Origin: Candidatus Latescibacterota bacterium
GTDB taxonomy: Bacteria; Latescibacterota; UBA2968; GCA-2709665
Direction of reading: 5' to 3'
Length of the DNA: 64,000 bases
NCBI GenBank assembly: GCA_965219455.1
Contig: OZ244744.1
Span: forward strand, 2,016,001 to 2,080,000
In this document: piece by piece, positions 39,240 to 47,954 of the stretch
How positions within the stretch are numbered: the first letter of the stretch is position 1
Layout of the letters: each line of letters starts with the position of its first letter
Translations under genes and position numbers: made by a program
The notes under the pieces: generated by a model
The model's input: only the letters and a program-made list of their open reading frames with translations
Databases searched by the model: none
What the model was told of the DNA's origin: nothing

Positions 39240-39893
39240 ATGACAGTGTCCGCAGGTTTCATTCAGGCTTTTTTCCTTCTATCCGTGATGTCACCCATAG
39301 CCGCGGATGATCAGCAGGGATCGGAGGGGGATTACGGTCGTGCCCGGATTGGCGGCATGAGGGGCTCAATCAAGTGGGTATCCTTGCTTCACGGCGAGGG
39401 TCTGGAGGGCTGGCGGCCAGGCGACGACAGGGTATGGTCCCGGGAGGGAGACGCCGTAATCGCAAAAGCGGGAGGACAGGATGATGCCACCAGGCTCGTC
39501 AAGGGAGACAGTACGTGGTCACACTATGAGTTCAAGGTCCAGGTTACGCTGGTTAAAGGCGCCAACGTGCAGATCCGCTTCGGCATAACCGAAGAGAGCC
39601 GGGAGTATATGGTCGATTATCTCGGTGGCTGGAAGGCGCTGGCGATCAGCACCTACGAGCGCGGCAAACGCGGCGTCACCAAGCTGGACGTCATCAATCT
39701 GGTCCTCGAGCGAGGACGGGAATACGATCTGGTTCTGGCGGTTCGAGGATATTCCGTTACCACCTACGTAAACGGTAAGCTCGTCAACCGGTTGACGCTC
39801 GAGACGAATCCGAATGGAGCGGTTGCGCTGGGCACCTGGGGGCACCACGCGGTTGCTCGATTCAGGGATCCGAAAATCAGACACTACAACTGA
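39240..39893 (+). CDS. DUF1080 (3-keto-disaccharide hydrolase) domain secreted protein
   Basis: Signal-peptide-like N-terminus; WVSL..G..LEGW, W..Y, YVNG, G.VAL, ARFRD..IR. Confidence 0.7.
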   Translation: MTVSAGFIQAFFLLSVMSPIAADDQQGSEGDYGRARIGGMRGSIKWVSLLHGEGLEGWRPGDDRVWSREGDAVIAKAGGQDDATRLVKGDSTWSHYEFKVQVTLVKGANVQIRFGITEESREYMVDYLGGWKALAISTYERGKRGVTKLDVINLVLERGREYDLVLAVRGYSVTTYVNGKLVNRLTLETNPNGAVALGTWGHHAVARFRDPKIRHYN

Positions 39894-40110
39894 CACGCAA
39901 TGCCCCAAACGGTTCAGCAGGAAATGACTGGACAGCGGACGCTTAATACCCCAAGACCCGGTCAAAGATCGCAAAGTGCCCAACGGAAGGATATCCCAAG
40001 GTCAAGAGGAATGCGGCGGCGGCAGATGTGATCCGTGAAGAATGTGGAAGGACCGTCGCACAGAACGTATCTTCTCAATCTCGAATCTGATTCAAACTAT
40101 GGAGCGCTTT

Positions 40111-40749
40111 ATGTCAAATACCGACGCCGCCCAACGCCATGCTTCATTTGTAGAGATAACCGACGACCCGAACCTGCCGGACGTTCTCCTGATCGGAGAT
40201 TCGATTTCGATGGGGTATACGATCCCGACTCGAGAACGCCTCAAAGGCAGGGCAAACGTCCACCGACCGGCTGACAATTGCGGACCGACCAGCCGCGGAC
40301 TGGCGCAGTTGGACGAATGGCTGGGCAATCGGAAGTGGGACGTCATTCACTTCAATTTTGGCTTGCATGACCTGAAATACGTCGATTCCCGGGGCGGACT
40401 CGCCGAAGCCGGAAGAGGGAGATTGTCCACGTCCATCGACCAGTATAAGGAAAATCTGGGGAAGCTGGTTGAAAGGCTGAAGGCGACGGGAGCGAAGCTG
40501 ATCTGGGCGACAACGACCCCCGTACCAGCGGGCGCGAATGGTCGAAGGATGGGAGACGCAGCGGAATATAACGCCGCCGCGACTGAAATCGTGAACGAAC
40601 CTGGCATTACAGTCAACGATCTCCATGCTTTCGCCCTGCCGCGACTGAAGGAACTTCAGCTGCCAGAAAACGTGCACTTCACACAAGAGGGTTCGGAGAT
40701 TCTGGCAGATCTGGTCGCCAGAGCAATTCTGGAGCGCCTGAGCGAATGA
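40111..40749 (+). CDS. SGNH/GDSL hydrolase
   Basis: IGDSIS.GY, HFNFGLHD, WATTTP, NVHF. Confidence 0.9.
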   Translation: MSNTDAAQRHASFVEITDDPNLPDVLLIGDSISMGYTIPTRERLKGRANVHRPADNCGPTSRGLAQLDEWLGNRKWDVIHFNFGLHDLKYVDSRGGLAEAGRGRLSTSIDQYKENLGKLVERLKATGAKLIWATTTPVPAGANGRRMGDAAEYNAAATEIVNEPGITVNDLHAFALPRLKELQLPENVHFTQEGSEILADLVARAILERLSE

Positions 40750-40811
40750 CGCCGGCGTCCTCTTGCACTCAGAGGAGTTTAAAACGTCGAATTCAAGAGG
40801 CCGTAACTGAT

Positions 40812-41576
40812 ATGGCGACTACATACCCGATTCTGGAATTCGACGATGAACGGGAAGCCGTCATCGAGCCGTCGAAAGTGATCAGGCATCGCGACGTTCC
40901 CGAACGCTGCATTATTTGTTACTTTCCAAGGACAATCGAACACGTGAGACAACAACTGGCGCTACGACCCCTGCGCCCTGTCAAGTGTGTTATGGGCGAG
41001 ATTCCCGTCTATTCAGGCACATATGAAGGACAGAAGCTTGTAATTCTTCCAGGAGCAGTTGGCGCACCCCTCGCTGCCGGCTGCCTTGAGGAAATCATCG
41101 CTCGAGGTGGCCGCAAGTTCATCGTGTGTGGAAGCGCGGGGGTTCTTGACCGTTCGATCGAAAGCGGAAACATCGTTGTACCGACATCCGCCCTGCGGGA
41201 CGAAGGCACATCGTATCACTATCTGCCACCGAGTCGGGAGGTCCATCCGACCCCCGGTGCAGTGGAAGCGGTTTTCGAGACCCTCAAGGCGCATGGCTGC
41301 AGGTACTTCACAGGAAAAACCTGGACTACGGATGCGTTTTACCGGGAGACCAGATCAAGAATAACCAGACGTCGCGGCGATGGATGCGTAACGGTTGAAA
41401 TGGAAGCCGCAGCCTACTTCGCAGTCGCCCAATTTCGCGGCGTTCAATTGGCGCAACTGCTCTATGGATCGGACGACGTCAGCGGCGCCGAATGGGATCC
41501 CAGGAATATGGGAAAAGAGAATTCCGTTAGAGAAGCGCTCTTCTGGCTGGCGTTGAATGCCTGTCTCAGACTTTGA
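40812..41576 (+). CDS. Nucleoside phosphorylase (PNP/UDP family)
   Basis: VGAP, GSAG, RDEGTSYHY, WTTDAFYRET, VEME. Confidence 0.92.
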   Translation: MATTYPILEFDDEREAVIEPSKVIRHRDVPERCIICYFPRTIEHVRQQLALRPLRPVKCVMGEIPVYSGTYEGQKLVILPGAVGAPLAAGCLEEIIARGGRKFIVCGSAGVLDRSIESGNIVVPTSALRDEGTSYHYLPPSREVHPTPGAVEAVFETLKAHGCRYFTGKTWTTDAFYRETRSRITRRRGDGCVTVEMEAAAYFAVAQFRGVQLAQLLYGSDDVSGAEWDPRNMGKENSVREALFWLALNACLRL

Positions 41577-41700
41577 TTGTCAGAGTGTCCTGAACGCAAG
41601 GCCAGTGTTACGCATTTTCGTAAAGTGTCTAATGCGGGTTGCAACGAATTAATGTACTTCGCCCTGTAAATTCCCACGAGACAGCAGGGAGCCCGGATTC

Positions 41701-42708
41701 TTGATTCCATTCGACGCGCTTACGTACAGAGGGCAACTACGCCGCCTTCGACACCTCGCGCTCGATGCGCTTGAGTCGTACGATTTGGGGGGATTCTCGC
41801 TTCGGCCGATACAACACCGGGAAAACGCGACGTTCCTGGTAAGGGCGGGAGGCCGTAGATACCTTTTGCGCGTCAGCCGGCCCGGGTACAGAGAACAGGC
41901 CGTCATTCGATCGGAGCTGGAATGGCTGGATGCAATCACACGGGATACGGACCTCGTCGTGCCCGCGCCTGTCGCCAACCGCGAGGGAAAGCTGCTGACG
42001 GTCGCCGTGGCGCCGGGTGTCCCGGAACCGAGAGTCTGCGCGCTTTTTCGGTGGGTGAAAGGCCGGTTTTGCAGCCAGCACGACCTGACCGGGCGACATC
42101 TGGAAATGGTCGGCCGCCTCACGGGCAAATTGCACTGCCACGCCTCGGGTTTCGCCCCTTCGCCCGGCTTCACCCGCATCCGCTGGGACTGTGAGTGTCT
42201 GCTCGGCGGCGCCACCGGTGGTACGATCGACCGCGCAAAATCAGTGCTCGATTCGGAAGGACGGGCCATCGTTGACGGGGCTGTAGAGATAACGCACTGC
42301 GCGATGGTGCAATTGGGAGAAGCGTCGTCCGTTTTCGGTCTCATACACCGGGACCTGCACCAGATGAACTACGTATTCCTGAAGGGCGAAGCGCGCGCCA
42401 TCGACTTTGACGATTGCGGATGGGGCTACTATCTCGGTGATATGGGTTCAACCCTCGGCCCACTCGTAAGCCGGAGTGATTTCGCCTCGCTGCGCGCCGC
42501 TTTTCTTCGAGGTTACAGGAGCGTCCGACCCCTCGATGCCACCCACGAGCGCCTGCTGACCTCCTTTCTGATCGCCGACCGTCTGAAGATCGCCGTCTGG
42601 ATGGCCGGCCGCTGGGACAACCCGGGCCTGCGAGACAGCATCGCGGGATTCGTACGGGACCGGGTCGACCAGATGGACAATATGATGCGATGGAATCCAG
42701 GAGTATGA
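41701..42708 (+). CDS. APH/homoserine-kinase-II-like phosphotransferase
   Basis: ENATF, SELEWL, GLIHRDLH..N, IDFDDCGWGYY. Confidence 0.88.
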   Translation: MIPFDALTYRGQLRRLRHLALDALESYDLGGFSLRPIQHRENATFLVRAGGRRYLLRVSRPGYREQAVIRSELEWLDAITRDTDLVVPAPVANREGKLLTVAVAPGVPEPRVCALFRWVKGRFCSQHDLTGRHLEMVGRLTGKLHCHASGFAPSPGFTRIRWDCECLLGGATGGTIDRAKSVLDSEGRAIVDGAVEITHCAMVQLGEASSVFGLIHRDLHQMNYVFLKGEARAIDFDDCGWGYYLGDMGSTLGPLVSRSDFASLRAAFLRGYRSVRPLDATHERLLTSFLIADRLKIAVWMAGRWDNPGLRDSIAGFVRDRVDQMDNMMRWNPGV

Positions 42709-42709
42709 T

Positions 42710-43153
42710 TTGTCGACACCGAAAGAGGAGATAATCTTGCCCGGCTCCCCGATCGTCTACAGCGAAACCCGGGACATTCGACTCGATGCCATATTGAGGC
42801 TCTATTCCGCCAACGAATGGTCGTCCGCGAGCAAGCCGAACGAGCTTCGCAATGCATTGATGGACTCCCACTCTCTGCTGACAGCGTGGGATGACGACCG
42901 TCTCATCGGACTGGGCAATGCCATCTCGGACGGTCATCTCGTTGTGTATTATCCACACCTTCTGGTGGATCCCGAATTTCAGCGGAAAGGTATCGGATCG
43001 GAGTTGATGAGAAGGCTGATGGCAAAATACGAAGGCTTCCACCAGCACGTGCTCATTGCGGATGGCCGGGCGATCGACTTCTACAGAAAGTGCGGGTTTA
43101 CCAGGGCCGGCAAGACGGAGCCGATGTGGATCTACTCCGGTAAGGATCACTAA
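42710..43153 (+). CDS. GNAT family N-acetyltransferase
   Basis: LLVDPEFQRKGIG, FYRKCGF; start codon uncertain (TTG). Confidence 0.85.
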   Translation: MSTPKEEIILPGSPIVYSETRDIRLDAILRLYSANEWSSASKPNELRNALMDSHSLLTAWDDDRLIGLGNAISDGHLVVYYPHLLVDPEFQRKGIGSELMRRLMAKYEGFHQHVLIADGRAIDFYRKCGFTRAGKTEPMWIYSGKDH

Positions 43154-43283
43154 ACCAGGGCGCGCGACGGGGATGGGAGACCCAGGGCAGACGTCACCGT
43201 TCCACGCAGGTTGGCTTTCTCAGAGTGTGGGCGCACGTGCGATGGACGCATATCGCGGATGATTCGGCGGCGCAACTTAGCGT

Positions 43284-43455
43284 CTGCCATTGAACAAGAT
43301 TCCACCCCTGGAGTGAAAATATGACACCCCGTGTAATTGAAGCTCGCTATGTAGACGACTATGTGATCTGGCTCAGATTCGATGATGGTCGTGGGAAAAT
43401 GAAGCAAGTTTTGCGCCTGAATTTCTATATGATAATGTTAAGGATCATCGAATGA
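43284..43455 (+). pseudogene. DUF4160/DUF2442 TA-like pair, junction fragment only
   Basis: LPLNKIPPLE-stop (43284-43316), then MTPRVIEARYVDDYVIWLRFDDG from 43321, losing similarity after ~24 aa. Confidence 0.6.
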
Positions 43456-45275
43456 ATTTCCTAATCAGAGAAATGACAAAAGAGTTTCGAAACGTTTGTG
43501 CCAGCGTGGCAATGGTTGTCCGTACTGCCCCAAGTCAGACAGTGCGCCTGGTTGTCCTAACGCTAGGCCTCGGGTCAGGACCAGCTGCGATCCTGTACAT
43601 TCAGAAGATAGTCATTGATGAAGTCGTGGAGCACAAGGACTATTCAGTTGATGCATCTTTGTCAGTTGCACTTATCGTGGGGATGATTGCCTTTGTTACA
43701 TGCAATCTTCTGATGGACTCCATCGAGACGATTCGGGGATTCCGAGTGCAGATTTTTGGGCGGGTTGTTGAGGGCAGAATAAAGGAGAGGGTATATCATA
43801 AGGTCGCAATGTTTAACGATATAGCACTTTTTGAGACACCCGAGCTATTGAACGAACTCGAGCTTGCGCTTCGCGGAGTTGGTAGACTAAGGAGTCTTAC
43901 CGCCGTAGTTGGGAATCTTTTGATCGGAACGTTCATGGTGATTCCTGTATTGGTTCTGTCAGCTTCGATCGAGTGGTGGGTTCCGATCGTGATTTTCGGC
44001 CTGATGGTGCCGTCTGTTTGTGTTCAGCTCTATTACGACGAAAAGGCGTGGAACGTAGAGGCGCGACAAGCAAGCCTTCAAAGGCAGGTCGGGATCTTCG
44101 AAAGGATCCTGACTTCGAAGGAATTCGCAAAGGAGCTTCGGTTGTTCGGGATCCAGTCGTTGATCCTCGATCGTTGGAAGGATAAGTTTTGGTCTGCCTT
44201 CAGAGAAAGCTACGAGGTGACGAGGCGTGGAACTTATCAGATTCTATTTTGGTCGCTACTCAGCGTTGTCGGCGTAGGTGCGCCGTTCGTGTACGTTGTT
44301 CTCGCAGTCTTGGATGGGCGTTTTTCGGTCGGCGATTTAGCGCTCTACGTTGGTCTTGTGTACCAGGTACAGCGCAGCATCTTCATCCTGGTCGACAATA
44401 CGTCCAGGCTTCGGACTGTTGGGTTAGCTATCGGGCCTATCTTTCGCATTCTCAATCTTGAACCGGAACTGAAGGATCAAGGCGGAGAAATCGTTGAACG
44501 AGATGAAACAGCCATTGACATTGACGGACTGTCCTTCTCGTATCCCGGTGAGACTCGTCTTGTACTGAAAGACATTAATCTGAGACTGCGAGCCGGGGAG
44601 ACAGTTGCAATTGTTGGAGAGAACGGAGCAGGAAAAACCACGCTTGTAAAGTTGCTATGTCGGCTCTTCGACCCTGTGAAGGGATCAATTTCCTGGAATG
44701 GTATGGATATCAGGGGAATTGGCTTAGCGGATCTAAGACGAAGAATCGGTACGGTGATGCAGGACTTCGCGCGGTTTCCGCTTTCGGGGGCAGAGAACAT
44801 TGGCATCGGTTCAATTGACAACCTGTGTGATAGGGATGCTATTGAAGCCGCAGCCACCGGTGCCGGACTTCGTGAGGTCCTTAAGACGCGGCCAGGATTT
44901 ATGGACAAGCACTTAACAAGGGAACTCGATGACGGTATTGAACTATCTGGGGGGGAGTGGCAGCGGGTAGCACTTGCTCGAGCCTTCATGAGGCTGTCGC
45001 GATGCAGCTTGGTAATCCTGGACGAGCCTACTGCGGCCCTGGATCCGAAAACGGAGTATGAAATACACTCCGTTCTGGCAGACATTGCTAAGAACAAAAC
45101 TTCCGTGATTATTACACATCGGCTTTCCCTCGCTCGATTTTCTGACAGGATCGTTGTCCTTGAAGATGGTAGAGTCGTGGAGGAGGGCACGCATGAGGAG
45201 TTGATGTCGATCAAAGGCGTGTACTCATCAATGTTCAGGCGGCAAGCAATTCGTTACACGGATAATCTGGCATAG
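43452..45275 (+). CDS. ABC transporter ATP-binding/permease fusion (exporter)
   Basis: N-terminal TM helices; GENGAGKT, LSGGEWQR, ILDEPT, ITHRL. Confidence 0.95.
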   Translation: MNFLIREMTKEFRNVCASVAMVVRTAPSQTVRLVVLTLGLGSGPAAILYIQKIVIDEVVEHKDYSVDASLSVALIVGMIAFVTCNLLMDSIETIRGFRVQIFGRVVEGRIKERVYHKVAMFNDIALFETPELLNELELALRGVGRLRSLTAVVGNLLIGTFMVIPVLVLSASIEWWVPIVIFGLMVPSVCVQLYYDEKAWNVEARQASLQRQVGIFERILTSKEFAKELRLFGIQSLILDRWKDKFWSAFRESYEVTRRGTYQILFWSLLSVVGVGAPFVYVVLAVLDGRFSVGDLALYVGLVYQVQRSIFILVDNTSRLRTVGLAIGPIFRILNLEPELKDQGGEIVERDETAIDIDGLSFSYPGETRLVLKDINLRLRAGETVAIVGENGAGKTTLVKLLCRLFDPVKGSISWNGMDIRGIGLADLRRRIGTVMQDFARFPLSGAENIGIGSIDNLCDRDAIEAAATGAGLREVLKTRPGFMDKHLTRELDDGIELSGGEWQRVALARAFMRLSRCSLVILDEPTAALDPKTEYEIHSVLADIAKNKTSVIITHRLSLARFSDRIVVLEDGRVVEEGTHEELMSIKGVYSSMFRRQAIRYTDNLA

Positions 45276-45483
45276 TTATGAGTAAAGCAAGGTTACGGCC
45301 TGAATGGGAAGTTTTGGTTTTCTGTAACCTGTGAAAGAGAGAAAGCGGATCTCCATCTCGGCCTTTTGACTCAATACCGCCGGTTTGTTTTTCCGTAATG
45401 TGTTGTTGGGTCAAAATCAGCGAAGTCAGAATGCGACAGAATTGTGACTTCCCGGATTCCGGTGGGTCGAAAGAAAGGCTGCG

Positions 45484-46818
45484 ATGAACGAAAGCGATTC
45501 AGGCATCCGCAGGGTGTCCTCAACTTTCCGGGCAACCCTTCGACGCGAGCTTGGCGCCTGGGTGGACGAGGGCGTTGTCGATTCCGATCAGTCCGCCGCG
45601 ATATCGAAGCGCTACGGACTGGGCGAGGTTGCGGAGAAATCCGGCGGCCTGCTTGTACAGGCGCTCTATCTGATCGGAGCCTGCCTGATCGGAGGGGGCG
45701 CGATCAGCTTCGTGGCGTCAAGATGGGAAGCAATCCCCGTACCCTTGAGAATGGCGCTCCTTGTCGGTACGCTGCTTGCCTGCGAAGTCGCAGGGTTCTA
45801 CCTGTGGAAGGTGTCGGGAACCCGCAGAAAGCTCGGGGAGGCCCTCATCGTGCTGGGCGGGCTGGTCTTTGGAGCGAACGTGGTACTGATCGCGCAGATG
45901 TTCAATCTGCACGGCGAACCTTACGGCGCCCTTGGAGTCTGGGCGCTCGGAACGGCGGTCATTGCCTATGCGACGATGAGCGGACCCTGTATGTTCCTGA
46001 CGTGCGCGACGAGTTTCGCCTGGTTCTGCGGCCACACGGCCGGGAACCCGCACGCATTCTGCTGGTATTCACTCACAATCGTGGTCGCAGGGCTTCCGTT
46101 TCTGTTGCGTCGCAGTGCCGCGGCCTTTACCGGCGTGATTTTGGCGGCAGGGGCGGCAACCGCCGTGTGCGCGGGGTTCGACAGCGGCGAGTACTGGCCG
46201 GCCGTTCTCGCCGTTGCCGTAACCGCCACGTTCCTCTTCGGCCTGGGGCTTCGGCTGCATAGGATCGAATCCGCGCGGCTGATGGGGATGATCGCGAGGA
46301 TTGTCGGGTTGGCGGGGATTCTGCTGCTCGCGTACATCATCTCCTTCCAGGAAGTCGCAAGCGAACTTTCAACGCGCACGTGGCGGTCCGCCGGATGGTT
46401 GTGGACGGTACCGCTCGGGCTGGTGTGCATCGCGACAATTGCCGTTTGGGTCTCCGTGATCCGGACGCCTCCGGAGAGGGCCGACCTGAGGCACCGCTCA
46501 ACAGCGGTACTCGTTGCCGGCGTCCTCCTGGCCTCAGGTATGTTGACCATGCATGCTGTCGTGATATCCCTGGGGGCTCATCTGGCCGTCACCGCAATCG
46601 GGGTCAGTCTTCTGTGTACGGCGGTAAAGGTCCATCGAAGGACATCCTTCTGGACGGGTCTGTTGCTCCTGGCGTGGGTTGTCTTCCACAACTTTATACA
46701 GTGGGAAACGCATCTGCTCCTCAAGTCACTGGTCTTCATCCTGTGCGGTATCGGGCTGATTCTCGGTGGGATCCGGTTTGAGCGGCATCTCAAACAGGGG
46801 GGATCTGATAATGGTTAA
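45484..46818 (+). CDS. DUF2157 domain membrane protein
   Basis: W.DEG.VD..Q...I..RY, FVA..W..IP, GANVVLIAQMFNL; multiple TM helices. Confidence 0.85.
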   Translation: MNESDSGIRRVSSTFRATLRRELGAWVDEGVVDSDQSAAISKRYGLGEVAEKSGGLLVQALYLIGACLIGGGAISFVASRWEAIPVPLRMALLVGTLLACEVAGFYLWKVSGTRRKLGEALIVLGGLVFGANVVLIAQMFNLHGEPYGALGVWALGTAVIAYATMSGPCMFLTCATSFAWFCGHTAGNPHAFCWYSLTIVVAGLPFLLRRSAAAFTGVILAAGAATAVCAGFDSGEYWPAVLAVAVTATFLFGLGLRLHRIESARLMGMIARIVGLAGILLLAYIISFQEVASELSTRTWRSAGWLWTVPLGLVCIATIAVWVSVIRTPPERADLRHRSTAVLVAGVLLASGMLTMHAVVISLGAHLAVTAIGVSLLCTAVKVHRRTSFWTGLLLLAWVVFHNFIQWETHLLLKSLVFILCGIGLILGGIRFERHLKQGGSDNG

Positions 46819-47473
46819 GAGATCCATCTGGTTCGGAGCCGCGCTACTCGTGCAAATCGGGATCCTTGCAGCCCTGCCCCTGGGCCGGAATGACCTGGGC
46901 CGGAATGAACCGGGAAAGGGGATCTGGCTTTCCGCAAAGGTCACCAATTTGAGGGATGCGATGCGAGGGTCGGGTATACGCCTGAATTATGACATCGAAC
47001 GGCTTGAAGTGCGCCGCAAGCGGGGGGAGACAGTCTATGCAACGCTGCGGAGACAGTCGGATTCCACGTGGTCGGTCGAGACGGCATGGGCAGATCGGCC
47101 GTTGGACGTATCGCCGGCATCGATTCTGATCCGCGGCAAGACCGCGCGACGATGGGAACCCGTTCATGTAAACCTGCGGCAGAAGAGCGACGGTACCTGG
47201 CTCGCGGATTCGGTGGCAATCGGACAGGTGGACACGCCGTTCGGAAACGTCGAGTCACACCGGGCCGTGGCGACTGCTTCGGTCCCGCAGGACTACGTGG
47301 ACCTGGGAATCGGATACTGCGATGTCACGGAAAATCTGCGAAAGCGGATCGTCCAGGACATCCGGAAGCATCCCGGGGATTTCGCGGCGCTCGTCCGGGT
47401 CGACCCGCAGGGGCGCGCGTCGCTCTTGGGTTTTCGTGTCCGGGATCGGGAGTTCAGATTGGGGACGTGGTAA
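46811..47473 (+). CDS. GDYXXLXY-like membrane-anchored protein (degenerate motif)
   Basis: Follows DUF2157; DAMRGSGIRLNYDI, GETVY..L, IRGK, LVRVD..G.A. Confidence 0.65.
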   Translation: MVKRSIWFGAALLVQIGILAALPLGRNDLGRNEPGKGIWLSAKVTNLRDAMRGSGIRLNYDIERLEVRRKRGETVYATLRRQSDSTWSVETAWADRPLDVSPASILIRGKTARRWEPVHVNLRQKSDGTWLADSVAIGQVDTPFGNVESHRAVATASVPQDYVDLGIGYCDVTENLRKRIVQDIRKHPGDFAALVRVDPQGRASLLGFRVRDREFRLGTW

Positions 47474-47476
47474 GCT

Positions 47477-47515
47477 GAACACGAGTCGCCCCTACAAGAT
47501 CAGGGGTGGGGCGAT
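47477..47515. repeat. Degenerate GTAG-type REP pair
   Basis: TCGCCCCTAC ... GTGGGGCGA inverted arrangement right after the stop codon. Confidence 0.45.
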
Positions 47516-47593
47516 TTTATATAGCGGGTTAGAGGAACATCATGGCAGCGAAATATACCAAACGGAAACATCTGGAGATGAATTGGGCGGGAT

Positions 47594-47884
47594 GTGACGA
47601 AGGCCATCGTTATCTGGAGCCTGAGAGTCACTCGGAATTACGGCGACACGAGGCCGGAATATTCACCGTTTCAAATTGACGATTTCGTCTCTAAGGAATC
47701 CGACGAAGTTGAGTTTCCCCATACGCTGGCGGACATCCTGAATGCCATCGCGCAAGCCGGCTTTGTCCTGGAGCAAATGGTGGAATGCAACCCGGACGAA
47801 GCGGGTTTTCCGATCGACGGATTGAAATATACCGCCGGGAAGCTACCGCATGATTTCTATGTGACTGCCAGGAAAATAGCTTGA
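47594..47884 (+). pseudogene. C-terminal fragment of a class I methyltransferase
   Basis: EFPHTLADILNAIAQAGF.LE...E and ARK resemble methyltransferase C-termini; no SAM-binding motif I upstream. Confidence 0.45.
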
Positions 47885-47954
47885 ACCGCCTGCAAGATTC
47901 CACTCCGGCTCGAGCAACGGTATCACGGCCCCTCTTAGTCCACGCCCCCCTTCC

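Noticed and set aside
27340-47900. Prophage or ICE
   Set aside because: No structural phage, conjugation, replication or intact integrase genes
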